Source: Spirochaetia bacterium (GTDB lineage Bacteria; Spirochaetota; Spirochaetia; DSM-2461). Taken from it: a stretch of 64,000 bases of DNA. The notes below the pieces were generated by a model that worked only from the letters and a program-made list of their open reading frames with translations, did not search any database and was not told the origin of the DNA. Positions 10,719-20,897 of this stretch are shown here, piece after piece (positions within the stretch are counted from its first letter, which is position 1; every line of letters begins with the position of its first letter). The position numbers and the translations under genes were made by a program. Location of the stretch: contig CAXXIA010000002.1 in NCBI GenBank assembly GCA_963666985.2, positions 2,656,001 to 2,720,000 on the forward strand, written 5' to 3'.

Positions 10719-12581
10719 ATGTCCATTCGTTTTAAACTTATCGCTCTTGTATTATTGACCGGTCTGGCTGGAGCTTCATCGATATTTGTCAATCGACTCA
10801 TGATGAGGCCTGTTCGCTATATCAATTCCGAATCACTCATCCTTGAAGAACTCCACAGCAGTTTGGTTAATTACATGGCGCAAACCAATCTTTTGTACAG
10901 TGAATCTTTCAATGAGCAGTTGGTTTCCCTCCAGGAGGCAAAGGATAATCTGGACGATGCCTTTCGGGATATTGGTGAAATGGAATTCTTGCCGATGGTG
11001 AACGAATCCATTGCTGAGTCATTAGATATCATAGTTTTGTTCGGCAATGTTATCTCTTTGAAGCATAATCATCTTTTTGAACGAGTGCAAAAAGTCATTG
11101 ATACTTCCAAAATTATTACGGATACGGACAAGAGTTTTACGATTCTTCAGCTCTTGTTGTCTGAAAAAATAGAGAACGATGAGAAGGCAAGGGATTTCCG
11201 TGACAGCGCTTTTTTTATGAATCTCAGTGCAAATGCTTTGAATCAAACCGTTTTAACCATAATTTCCGAACTTGATACCCAGACGAATACAATTTTGAAT
11301 GAGGCTCATAAATTTGAAACTCGTGCCCAGCGTTTCGTGATTTTAGTCGTTTTTTTAGTCGTGATGATTCCTCTGGGGCTGGCTTTGTTGCTGGCCAATC
11401 TCCTGGCGACGCGAATTAAGAAGATCGATATCGGAATATCACGAATGAAAGATGGAGATTTGGCTGACCGCATCGAAGTCAAAAGTCGGGATGAAATGGG
11501 AAATCTTACCCGGAATGTCAACGATTTTACCGAGGAACTGGGCCGTTCCATCATGAGAATTAAGGAAGCATCCGGGACTAATATGGCTGTGAAGGAGGAT
11601 CTTCTTACAAGCGTTGAGAGATTTTCCAAAGCTACGGGCCGCGTGGAGAATGCATCCAAGTCCATTACAGACGGCATGACTGATCTTGATACGACTGTTC
11701 AATCCAATGCCGAGGCGGTCCGACTCGTCGGAGAACGTCTCTCCAGTCTTGAGGCGATTCTTCAGGATCAGGTTTCTATGATCGAGGAAACCAGCGCTTC
11801 TATAACGGAGATGATTGCGGCTATCGGGAATGTCAGCGATATCACCGTACGCAAGAAGGACTCTCTGGTAGTGCTGAAAAATCTCACAGTGGACGGAGAT
11901 GAAAAACTTTCGGGGACGAATACCACAATTTCATTGATTCATGACAGCATCGAAGAGATTCGGGCGACTACAGGTCTTATTGAGTCTATTGCGTCTCGGA
12001 CGAATCTTCTTGCTATGAACGCGGCTATCGAAGCGGCACATGCCGGTGATGCCGGACGAGGTTTTGCCGTAGTGGCCGATGAAATCCGTAAATTGGCCGA
12101 GGCCACTTCCAGCAACTCCAAGCGAATCGATGGAGTGATGAGTGTTGTTATCGGCAATATCGAGGACGCTGTGGCATCCGGCAGTGGGACCGGAAAAGTT
12201 TTCAAGAGTATTAGCCGAGAGGTGGAGGAAGCTGCGGCATCGTTTGATGAAATAGCCGGCAGCATGGAAGAATTGAGTACCGGCGGGACTCAAATCCTGG
12301 AAGCGATGACTCGACTTAACGATATTACCGGTCAGGTGAAAGAGGTTGGAGGCACCATGTCAAACGCCATGCAAGCCAATCACAGCGCTATGGAGAGAGT
12401 GTCGCATATTGCTTCGGTTGCGTCCGATCGGGTGAAGGAAATCTCCGTCGAGCTGACCTCTTTGGATGAAGAAATGGAGTCTGTTTCCGCCTTGGCGAAA
12501 CGTGTCGATGTTATTTCCGAAACCCTTGAACGCGAAGTGAAAGTCTACAAAGTTGATACGATCGACTTGAATCCAAATTAA
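10719..12581 (+). CDS. Methyl-accepting chemotaxis protein
   Basis: Two TM segments, HAMP (SRDEMGNL) and signalling hairpin [33 protein letters not shown]. Confidence 0.95.
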   Translation: MSIRFKLIALVLLTGLAGASSIFVNRLMMRPVRYINSESLILEELHSSLVNYMAQTNLLYSESFNEQLVSLQEAKDNLDDAFRDIGEMEFLPMVNESIAESLDIIVLFGNVISLKHNHLFERVQKVIDTSKIITDTDKSFTILQLLLSEKIENDEKARDFRDSAFFMNLSANALNQTVLTIISELDTQTNTILNEAHKFETRAQRFVILVVFLVVMIPLGLALLLANLLATRIKKIDIGISRMKDGDLADRIEVKSRDEMGNLTRNVNDFTEELGRSIMRIKEASGTNMAVKEDLLTSVERFSKATGRVENASKSITDGMTDLDTTVQSNAEAVRLVGERLSSLEAILQDQVSMIEETSASITEMIAAIGNVSDITVRKKDSLVVLKNLTVDGDEKLSGTNTTISLIHDSIEEIRATTGLIESIASRTNLLAMNAAIEAAHAGDAGRGFAVVADEIRKLAEATSSNSKRIDGVMSVVIGNIEDAVASGSGTGKVFKSISREVEEAAASFDEIAGSMEELSTGGTQILEAMTRLNDITGQVKEVGGTMSNAMQANHSAMERVSHIASVASDRVKEISVELTSLDEEMESVSALAKRVDVISETLEREVKVYKVDTIDLNPN

Positions 12582-12726
12582 ACTCGCAGAAGGTAAAAGT
12601 GGCTGTAGGAAGCCTTAAGTTTCGGATACTCGCCATGGTTTCCCGTACCAATTTGTGAACTACGGTTGTTTGCGTTCCTCGGCACTTATGTTTGCGGTAT
12701 TGCTTTTGATGCGATCCGGCCCTCAA

Positions 12727-12824
12727 GCGATTCGACACCGTCAAATCGCGAGCCTACACAGCTGTTCGACATCATCGAATAGCGAGCCTACACAGCTGTT
12801 TCACAGCGTGAAATCGCGAGTCTC
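12727..12824. repeat. Tandem 34-nt units (same family as 10546-10621), 3 units
   Basis: Linker GCGAGCCTACACAGC at 12748 and 12782, GCGAGTCTC at 12816, each preceded by an imperfect 8-3-8 palindrome. Confidence 0.8.
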
Positions 12825-12953
12825 CTCGAAACGAGTTTCCTGAAAAGGCGGTTTTTCTTGACCAATAGAACTCTTTCTGTCATGATTGTTTCTACACAAA
12901 GAAACATACCGCTCACCCGCCAAACTGCCGGTGGAGCCGCAAAGGAGAAGCAC

Positions 12954-14318
12954 GTGTCCCAGAGAGTCCTCTTGAATCCCGATGAAGTGCCCAAGCAGTG
13001 GTACAACCTTGCCGCGGATCTTCCCGAGCCGCCGAAGCCTTACCTGGGCCCGGACGGGAATCCGGTTACTCCGGAAATGATGGCCCCCATTTTCCCGATG
13101 AATCTCATCGAGCAGGAAATGACCACCGAACGCTGGGTGGACATTCCCGAAGAGGTCCGCGGGCTTCTCGCCAAATGGCGGCCCAGTCCCCTGCATCGCG
13201 CCAAAGCTCTGGAAGAAGCTCTCGGAACGCCCGCGCGGATCTACTACAAAAACGAATCGGTCAGTCCCGCCGGCAGCCATAAGCCCAATTCCGCCGTGGC
13301 CCAGGCTTGGTACAACAAGCAGGCCGGAACCAAGCATCTCACCACGGAAACCGGAGCCGGTCAGTGGGGCAGCGCCCTGGCCTTCGCCTGCGCCCAGGTA
13401 GGCCTGGACTGCAAGGTTTACATGGTTCGGGTGAGTTTCGAGCAGAAGCCTTACCGGAAAGTGATGATGCAGACCTGGGGCGCCGAATGTCTTTCCAGCC
13501 CCACCGACACCACCGAGGCGGGCCGCAAGGTTTTAGCCGAAATGCCCGACACTCCGGGATCTTTGGGCATCGCCATTTCCGAAGCCGTCGAGGCCGCGGT
13601 TACCGATCCTACGGGAGAGACCAAATACGCTCTGGGTTCGGTTCTCAACCACGTTATGCTCCATCAGACCGTTATCGGCCAGGAAGCCAAGGTTCAGCTT
13701 GCCAAGTTCGGCGAGAAGAGCCCCGATGTGGTTATCGGATGCGCCGGCGGCGGATCGAACTTCGCCGGTCTCGCTTTCCCGTTCTGCGCGGATAAAATCG
13801 CCGGAACCCAGATGGAAATTATTCCCGTTGAACCGGCCAGCTGTCCGTCCATCACCCGGGGCGCCTATGCCTACGACATCGGCGACAAATCCGGCATGAC
13901 GCCTTTGATGGTGATGTATACCCTGGGCCATGATTTTATTCCTTCTCCCATCCACGCCGGCGGCTTGCGTTATCACGGAATGTCGCCGCTTGTGTCGGCG
14001 GCGGTGTGTCAGGGGTTGATGACCCCGAGGTCCGTCCATCAGCTGGAATGCTTCTCGGCCGCGGTTCAGTTCGCCCGAACCGAGGGACTTATCGTGGCAC
14101 CCGAAACCAGCCATGCCGTGGCGGCCGTGATTCAGGAAGCGAAAAAAGCGAAGGAAGAGGGCAAGGAAAAGGTGATTCTGTTCAATCTGTCCGGACACGG
14201 TCTTATGGATCTGAAGGGCTATCAGGCTTATTTCGCCGGAGAGCTCAGCGATCATGAGCTGCCCCAGGAAGACATCGAAAGTTTCCTGGAAAGCATTAAG
14301 GGTTTTCCGTCCGTTTGA
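12954..14318 (+). CDS. trpB2: TrpB-like PLP enzyme (tryptophan synthase beta type 2)
   Basis: GSHKPN PLP lysine, [25 protein letters not shown] and NLSGHG; GTG start after AAGGAG; no trpA adjacent. Confidence 0.92.
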   Translation: MSQRVLLNPDEVPKQWYNLAADLPEPPKPYLGPDGNPVTPEMMAPIFPMNLIEQEMTTERWVDIPEEVRGLLAKWRPSPLHRAKALEEALGTPARIYYKNESVSPAGSHKPNSAVAQAWYNKQAGTKHLTTETGAGQWGSALAFACAQVGLDCKVYMVRVSFEQKPYRKVMMQTWGAECLSSPTDTTEAGRKVLAEMPDTPGSLGIAISEAVEAAVTDPTGETKYALGSVLNHVMLHQTVIGQEAKVQLAKFGEKSPDVVIGCAGGGSNFAGLAFPFCADKIAGTQMEIIPVEPASCPSITRGAYAYDIGDKSGMTPLMVMYTLGHDFIPSPIHAGGLRYHGMSPLVSAAVCQGLMTPRSVHQLECFSAAVQFARTEGLIVAPETSHAVAAVIQEAKKAKEEGKEKVILFNLSGHGLMDLKGYQAYFAGELSDHELPQEDIESFLESIKGFPSV

Positions 14319-15178
14319 TGGCTGGGATACGATTCGGAAAGGTCGCAGTTGAGGAGTCGCGTTGTCGTGATTCTTCAACTGTAAATCAGCGAATCATATA
14401 AACTCAGTTTTTCGAAATTTCCTTGCAGGTAATTTTACGCCTCGTCGGCCATGGCGAGGCGTAGAATATAAGTATTTGCAGCAAATCAGGCCCAACTCAG
14501 GCAATAAAAAGTCTGTCATCGTTTGCATCGAATATTTGACATAGAAACGGACGGAATATCAGCTGCTTCAAGTATCATTTACAGGCAACAGAATCCAAAT
14601 ACAGCAGTAACAAGCGATGTGACCTAGCAAGTGGCGGATGTAATGAAATAGGCTTTCAATAATCATCTGGTTGTTAATGTATTGTGGGTAATATATTTAA
14701 AAATTTATAGTCAATTTACACCAATAAAAAAAACTATCAAACTTATAAGATTGCAAGCCAAATATAGTGTCGTCTCCTATTATCAACTCCATATTTCAGG
14801 CGGAGAAAGAAGTCCGCTGTAGAGGAGTGAACAACATCATGAAAAGAGCCTTGTTTTCGGTATTGGTAATTGCCGCTGTGATGTTTGTGGCGGGATGTTC
14901 AAATCCGTCGGACGGCGGAAATGAAAATGATGCGTACGCTATCGATATCGGTCCCGCTGGAGGCTGGGTCTTCTACGATGACGAGGCCGATGGTGTCGAT
15001 GACATTGCAGGATTCCGCTACCTGGAGGCGGCGCCGAGCGATATCAGCTTAGAAGTGTCAGCACCGGTGATAAATTTCCTGAAAACACCGGAATAAGATT
15101 TCCGGTTTTGAGCCAATAAAAACGGGCGAGTATCCCTAAGATGGAGTAACCATACACCCATCGAAAAGGACACTGCCC

Positions 15179-16432
15179 GTGAAGCTCCAGGAGAAACGCA
15201 TGCACCAGGCTCAAGTGCTGGCCAAGGAAGGGTACAAGCAGTACCGAATCGCCGAAATACTCGGCGTTACCGACCGAACGGTTCGAAATTACCTCAGCGG
15301 ACACAGTCCCAAAATGAGCCCCAGGAAGAAACGGAAGAGCAAGCTCGACCACTTCAAATCCCATATTCGCAGTGTACTTGAGGAGGAACCGCTCTTCAAT
15401 TGCGAGGTGCTTTATAAGAATCTTTGCGCCATGGGTTACACCGGAGGAATCACCATCCTCCGTGATTTCGCCAAAGAGACCCGAGATGAGATTCAGAGAG
15501 AAGTAGTTCGCCGCTTCGAAACCCAGGCCGGCTACCAGGCACAGATGGACTGGAAGATATTGCCGAAGGAACACTGGCGAGGCGTCTACGCCTTCGTCAT
15601 GGTCCTCGGCTACAGCCGGACTCCCTATGTGAGATTCACCACCGATATGACCAGCGGCACACTGCTGGCCTGCCACCAGAAAGCCTTTGAGTATTTTGGC
15701 GGTGTTCCTCAGACTGTATTGTACGACAACATGAAAACAGCATGGGTCCACGACGGAGAAGAGTGGAAGACCAACTCCCGGTTACTGGAGTTCGCTTCCT
15801 CCTACGGTTTCTCTCCAAGACGATGCGCCGTCAGGCGTCCCCAGACCAAAGGAAAAGTAGAGAGGTTCATCGACTACCTTTCGGGTAACTTCCTTTCTCA
15901 GGCACGGCGTAGTGGCCTGAAGACGATCGAAGAACTCAATGACGCCATTCTGCCCTGGCTGACTGAAGTTCAGCAGAAAGAGCTCCGGGACTACCAGGAA
16001 AGTCGTGCCCAGCGATATGAGGTGGAGAAATCCTTCCTGCAACCGGCACCGCCAGAGGGAGCTTTTGACTACCGTGACAGCATTCAGCTCATTGTCAGTC
16101 GAGAAGGCTCAGTCACCTACAAGACTAACAAGTACAGCGTGCCGCCTGTATTGGTTGGTAAGAAGCTGACGCTGAAAATCGATGCGCTTTCCATGCAGGG
16201 GGAAATCCTCAATGGGAAGGTTTCCATACGGCTATTCAATCTCCTTCCAGCTGGCTCCCGGCAGAAGGATATCCGCAATGAAGATCGGGAAGCACTCTTT
16301 ACCCTGTGGGAGAAGCAGCGTAAGAAGTCGGCGAAAAAACCAGTCCGGAAGCAACAAGATGAGCAGACCATCGTCGATATCAGAAATCCTGCCTACTATG
16401 AGCGCTTTGTCGCTGTGGGAGTCTCGGTATGA
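15179..16432 (+). CDS. istA: IS21 transposase IstA
   Basis: N-terminal HTH; QAQMDW, LYDNMKT and KGKVER DDE motifs. Confidence 0.95.
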   Translation: MKLQEKRMHQAQVLAKEGYKQYRIAEILGVTDRTVRNYLSGHSPKMSPRKKRKSKLDHFKSHIRSVLEEEPLFNCEVLYKNLCAMGYTGGITILRDFAKETRDEIQREVVRRFETQAGYQAQMDWKILPKEHWRGVYAFVMVLGYSRTPYVRFTTDMTSGTLLACHQKAFEYFGGVPQTVLYDNMKTAWVHDGEEWKTNSRLLEFASSYGFSPRRCAVRRPQTKGKVERFIDYLSGNFLSQARRSGLKTIEELNDAILPWLTEVQQKELRDYQESRAQRYEVEKSFLQPAPPEGAFDYRDSIQLIVSREGSVTYKTNKYSVPPVLVGKKLTLKIDALSMQGEILNGKVSIRLFNLLPAGSRQKDIRNEDREALFTLWEKQRKKSAKKPVRKQQDEQTIVDIRNPAYYERFVAVGVSV

Positions 16433-17193
16433 ATATCAAACTTGAGACCGTCACCGAGAGAATGAATTCGCTGGGTATGAGTTTCATGTCCGCAGGACTG
16501 GAATCCTTCCTGGCAGAACCCCGCCGGCAGGAACAGACGGTACTGGATATCGTTGCCGACTTGATGGAACTTGAATACATCCCCCGTAAAGAACGGAGCG
16601 CCAAGAGCCGCTTGAAGCTTTCAGGAATGCCGGCAGTGAAAAGGCTGGAAGACTTCGACAGGGGGTGGCTCAAAGGTGGTATCACCAACCGCCAGTTTGA
16701 CGAGCTCTCCTCTCTGGCCTTCATCGAGCGAAAGGAGAACGTCATTCTCATGGGTCCCAGCGGCCTGGGAAAATCTCATCTGATGCTGGCCCTGGGGCAC
16801 AAGGCCTGCATGGAGGGATTCACCACCTACCATACCACCTGCATCGACCTCATTGAGAACCTGGTTCTTGCCCGAGAGAACAACCGGCTCAAGCGTCGGC
16901 TGGTATGGCTCCGAAAACCGCACCTGCTTCTCATCGATGAAGTCGGTTACGAGAAGCTGACACCCGAACAGGCTAATCTTTTCTTCCAGGTTGTGAATGC
17001 CCGGTATGAACAGGGGAGTATGATCATTACGACGAACAAGCCATTTGGCAGATGGGCGGAGATAATGAGTGATGAGGCTGTTGCCAGTGCAACCCTGGAC
17101 CGTCTGCTTCACCATGCTCATATCCTGAGTCTTCAAGGAGACTCGTACCGAATGAAGGATCGGTTGAAAGCGGGAGTCGTTGACTTCCTTTGA
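16429..17193 (+). CDS. istB: IS21 helper ATPase IstB
   Basis: Walker A GPSGLGKS, Walker B LLLIDEVG, LDRLLHH; ATGA overlap with istA. Confidence 0.95.
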   Translation: MNIKLETVTERMNSLGMSFMSAGLESFLAEPRRQEQTVLDIVADLMELEYIPRKERSAKSRLKLSGMPAVKRLEDFDRGWLKGGITNRQFDELSSLAFIERKENVILMGPSGLGKSHLMLALGHKACMEGFTTYHTTCIDLIENLVLARENNRLKRRLVWLRKPHLLLIDEVGYEKLTPEQANLFFQVVNARYEQGSMIITTNKPFGRWAEIMSDEAVASATLDRLLHHAHILSLQGDSYRMKDRLKAGVVDFL

Positions 17194-17712
17194 CGCCCAA
17201 AACCGGAAAAACTAAATCGGTGAAATCCGGAAATGTTTCGTCGGTGTTGACAAGAAGACGGAACGACCACTTTCCTCTGGGGTGGAGGGGGTTATAATGC
17301 TACGAATGATGCAGATGGGTCGCCCGAACTGACGGCCGTGGGTACAGGGCAGGCCAACACCTCGGCGATTTTGACCGCGCTTGACGGTCAGGGCTATACT
17401 AATTACGCGGCGAAGTACTGCGACAATCTGGAAGTAACGAATAACGGAAGTACCTACGACGATTGGTTTCTGCCGTCGAAGGACGAACTGGGCCTGATGT
17501 ACACCAATCTGCACCAGCAGTCGCAGGGAGGTTTTGCGGCCGACTCTTATTGGAGTTCCTCCGAGATCAGCGGTTTCAACGCATGGTGCCAGGACTTCAG
17601 CAGTGGCACCCAAGAAAGTAAATTCAAGGGTGCAACTTCCGGCTACCGCCGGGTTCGGGCCTGTCGGGCTTTTAATTAATTGAGCTCGCTAATGAGGGTG
17701 TAGGAGCAACTG

Positions 17713-17736
17713 CACCCTGCCTAAGGCAGGGTGTTT
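17713..17736 (+). terminator. GC-rich hairpin downstream of the lipoprotein gene (terminator or DGR-type target hairpin)
   Basis: CACCCTGCC-TAA-GGCAGGGTG followed by TTT. Confidence 0.5.
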
Positions 17737-17834
17737 CAAAGAATAAAGCACTAATCAGCCGCCAGAAGCATTCGTGTTTCCGGCTTAGCATTCGGCAATG
17801 AGGCGGTGTTCTTCCGTGAATATCTATATCACCA

Positions 17835-18006
17835 TCATCTCTTCCCGTTCAACTGAGCGAGAATCGCATAACGCTCTTCATCATCACTTCATGCCTGAAT
17901 CACCAAACGATCTGGGTCCTCCCACATCCCTTGGGCCTGTTCAGAGTCAACGCCGTGTTTGACTTTGTTCTTGTTGCTCTTGTTATGATCGTACCTCAAA
18001 GCCCAT
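17835..18006 (-). pseudogene. BrnT-family (DUF497) toxin remnant
   Basis: MGFE(+1 frameshift)YDHNKSNKNKVKHGVDSEQAQGMWEDPDRLVIQA*SDDEERY resembles the BrnT N-terminus; internal stops. Confidence 0.7.
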
Positions 18007-18258
18007 TTCGGTGAAATGTCAATTTCACGAAGGATACCGAATCTCCATATACAAAGTCCGCCGATGGCGCATTCGGTCAATGTCCTTTGTGTGAAGGAAG
18101 CAGGCCGGATCCGATCCGAAGCACATCCGTGCTTCGGATGCATCTCTCGGTTTAAGACGGAACTTCGAAAAACATCTGTTGATGCGCTCCGGCGGTAACG
18201 AGGTTACCGCCTCCGGGGCTTCGCCCAAATTTGCCTCTGTCATAGATTTTGCGTAAGT

Positions 18259-18290
18259 CTTATGTCTCGGCAAGAAAGCCGAGACATAAG
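18259..18290. terminator. Perfect 13-bp hairpin downstream of the CapA-like gene
   Basis: CTTATGTCTCGGC-AAGAAA-GCCGAGACATAAG; no clear U tract. Confidence 0.45.
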
Positions 18291-18341
18291 GCAATCCGGA
18301 AGGTTCATGAGGTCAATAAAAAACGACGGCCGTGGGGAATC

Positions 18342-19700
18342 TTAATCGGTTCTCCAGGAATCCCCAAGCACAAGATCGGCATATTCCGCGGCTTCTTCCA
18401 CATAGGAGCGGGTTTCGTTATCGAGTTCTCTATTCCACAGCTCCTTCATGGGCATAATTGCAGAGAGCTCTTTGCCTTCAAGGGTTTCTTTCACAAAGAG
18501 TACCGGCTCCAAATCGAGTCCGACAACCGCGGCGGCAATCGAACGGTCGGCCGAAGGTTTGGCAATCTTCAAATTGGCGATGAGACTCAAACATGTGGAT
18601 GCCGCACCATAGGCGGGAGTCAGATTCCCAAGGCCGTAGAGAATGGGAACATGCTTCCCCGGAAAATTATTCGTTTTGTATATTTCATAAGGTTGGGAAC
18701 AGTGGGCATGATGTCCTATGATGGCATCAGCGCCGCACTCGGCAACGGCATGGGCCCACTCCAGTTGTTCGGGATGAGGATAGGTTTCATTTTCCAAACC
18801 CCAATGCATTCCCACGAACACCAAATCGGCACCGGACTCCCTGGCGGCTTTTACCTCTGCTTCAAGGGGGGACATATCCACTTCCGCATTGGGGATGATG
18901 TGCATGGGTAGGACATTAACCATCCATGGTTTTCCCTGGGGAAGGGGCTTCCAGTTAAGAGAATAGGTGTAGGCTATCCAGGCGATTTTTACCCCGTCGA
19001 CTTCCATGATAGTCGGTTTACCAAGGCTTTCTTCGTCCAGATTAATCCCAATATAATTAATTTTATCTTCATTCAGCGCCTTAATCGTCCTAAGACAGCC
19101 CTCTTCGCCGCAGTCCATTATGTGATTGTTCGCCAATTGAACCAGATCGTATTTCCTGGATTTATGGGAAACCAGAGACTGATATATTTCTTTAGAAATA
19201 TTCACCTCCGGAGTGCCTCCCATCTCTTCAATGGAAAGAACCGAGGCCGGATTGTCATCGGCAAGAGTCGATTCGAGGTTGGCATAGGAATAATCGGCGC
19301 CAAAAATCAAATCCTCAACATCTGCATACATATGATTACGGGATTCTTCAATCAAGGTGGCAAACATAAGATCGCCGACTGCGCTGATTCGCAATTCTCC
19401 CTCGCTTCCGCATTTATTCGGTAATTCCGCAGATTTCCTGCGGAAGGGCTTAAAATAGGAATCGAGACCCGAATCCTTGCGGGGAACTTTGTATGCTCCG
19501 GAAGTTTTATTGACATAATAGGAAGCAAAATCCAGATCATTCGGATTCATGACGACATCCAGAGGAAAATCCCATTCACCGGCGGCTATTTTCCGCTCGC
19601 GGATGCCATGAATCATCTTCTGCACTTCTTCGGGCATACTTTCAATAAGGCTAAAGGCGTTTCGGGGTAAATTGACAGGTTTAAAATTTCTCTTTTTCAT
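18342..19700 (-). CDS. CapA/PgsA-family metallophosphoesterase
   Basis: AVGDLM, ANLE, ANNHIMD, MHWGLE, GHHAH and YGLGN motifs. Confidence 0.88.
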   Translation of the reverse strand: MKKRNFKPVNLPRNAFSLIESMPEEVQKMIHGIRERKIAAGEWDFPLDVVMNPNDLDFASYYVNKTSGAYKVPRKDSGLDSYFKPFRRKSAELPNKCGSEGELRISAVGDLMFATLIEESRNHMYADVEDLIFGADYSYANLESTLADDNPASVLSIEEMGGTPEVNISKEIYQSLVSHKSRKYDLVQLANNHIMDCGEEGCLRTIKALNEDKINYIGINLDEESLGKPTIMEVDGVKIAWIAYTYSLNWKPLPQGKPWMVNVLPMHIIPNAEVDMSPLEAEVKAARESGADLVFVGMHWGLENETYPHPEQLEWAHAVAECGADAIIGHHAHCSQPYEIYKTNNFPGKHVPILYGLGNLTPAYGAASTCLSLIANLKIAKPSADRSIAAAVVGLDLEPVLFVKETLEGKELSAIMPMKELWNRELDNETRSYVEEAAEYADLVLGDSWRTD

Positions 19701-19709
19701 CGATCTTCC

Positions 19710-20897
19710 TTATTTACGGCCTTCAAGCCAGCGGGCAGCCATATCGGCATAGAGGGCGGCCCCCTTGTAAATCTGCGTTTCGTCAAAAGCGATTTTAGGG
19801 TGATGCTGGGGATAGGGATATCCTTCCGCCGGAGATCCCAGAGATAATGCCATCATCACGGAGGGCACGCGCTGTGTTACATAGGCAAAATCTTCCGATC
19901 CGGAAATCGGAAACAAGGGAGAGGGATAGACTTCTTCACTGCCGAATAACTCTCCGGCATACACATTCAGCTCCTCGACAAGTTTTTCATCATTGAGAGT
20001 AACTCCGCAATTTAAGGAATAGTTCACTTCCGCTTCCGCCCGATACGTTTTTGCCACGAGAGTAACGATCTCTTCAACGCGCTGCTTTATGAATGCTCTC
20101 ACCTTTTCATCGAAGGTCCGGATTGTGCCGGACATAAACCCGTCCTGCGGAATAACATTGTCCGCGGAGCCGGAGCTAATTTGCCCGATGGTCAAAGAGG
20201 CATGGGCGCGGGGAGAGATTTCCCTGGCGTTTATTGTCTGGAGAGCGGTATGTATTCTTGCCAGAACATTGATAGGATCTACCCCCATATCGGGCATGGC
20301 ACCGTGACAGCCCTTTCCCTTTACAGTGATTTTCAATGCATCTACGGCCGCCAGGCAGGGTCCCGGACCGCCGATGTGTATCCGGCCGGAGGGAACGGGT
20401 AAACCGGAAAAGACATGGATCATCATGGCAGCATCAACATCGGGGTTTTTCAATACCCCGGCATCAACCATCGCTTTGGCGCCCTTGATGAGTTCTTCCC
20501 CCGGCTGAAACATAAGTTTCACCCGTCCTTTAAGGCTGCTCTCATTTTGCTTTAGAATCCTGGCGGCTCCCAGGAGCATGGCCGTGTGAATATCATGGCC
20601 GCAGAGATGTCCATTACCGTTGTCGGCCTTAAACTCAAGCTCCGACTCTTCCGGTATCGGCAGGGCGTCCATATCCGCCCTGAGCATGAAAACGGGACCA
20701 TCACCTTTGCCCGCCATGGCCACAATGCCCGATTCGATGAGCCGCTGCGGTTCGTACCCCATATCGGCGAGGCTGTTAAAAACATATTCCGCTGTTTGGG
20801 GAAGATCCATTCCCGTCTCGGCAAAACGGTGTATTTTCCGCCGGTGAGCAAGAATCTCCTGCTCCAGTTCTTTTGCCTGCGAAAGGATCTTACTCAT
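19710..20897 (-). CDS. M20D family amidohydrolase
   Basis: RADMDALP, HLCGHDIH, FQPGEE, GSEDF and QHHP; start at ATG 20897 overlapping the upstream stop. Confidence 0.92.
   Translation of the reverse strand: MSKILSQAKELEQEILAHRRKIHRFAETGMDLPQTAEYVFNSLADMGYEPQRLIESGIVAMAGKGDGPVFMLRADMDALPIPEESELEFKADNGNGHLCGHDIHTAMLLGAARILKQNESSLKGRVKLMFQPGEELIKGAKAMVDAGVLKNPDVDAAMMIHVFSGLPVPSGRIHIGGPGPCLAAVDALKITVKGKGCHGAMPDMGVDPINVLARIHTALQTINAREISPRAHASLTIGQISSGSADNVIPQDGFMSGTIRTFDEKVRAFIKQRVEEIVTLVAKTYRAEAEVNYSLNCGVTLNDEKLVEELNVYAGELFGSEEVYPSPLFPISGSEDFAYVTQRVPSVMMALSLGSPAEGYPYPQHHPKIAFDETQIYKGAALYADMAARWLEGRK

Larger units (their letters stand above)
15056..17252 (+). mobile_element. IS21 family insertion sequence (2197 bp)
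   Basis: Ends TGTCAGCACCG...CGGTGTTGACA, 5-bp TSD AGAAG (15051-15055 and 17253-17257), istA/istB pair. Confidence 0.95.
14839..17679 (+). pseudogene. CLec/DUF1566-type lipoprotein interrupted by IS21 (212 aa when rejoined)
   Basis: Lipobox FVAGC and GPAGGWVFYD/RYLEAAP in 14839-15055; continues in frame from 17258 with WFLPSKDEL, YWSSSE and RVRACRAF. Confidence 0.85.

Noticed and set aside
10546..12824. 34-nt periodic repeats as a CRISPR array
   Set aside because: Only 2-3 units, a 15-nt constant part, 19-nt self-complementary and mutually related 'spacers', and no cas genes.
14320..18340. Integron cassette array (lipoprotein + toxin + hairpins)
   Set aside because: No RYYYAAC...GTTRRRY attC boxes around the hairpins and no integrase in the window.
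14320..18340. Complete DGR
   Set aside because: No reverse transcriptase, Avd or AAC-rich template repeat found by eye.
18342..19700. Poly-gamma-glutamate capsule locus
   Set aside because: No capB/capC, and the CapA-like protein has no membrane anchor.
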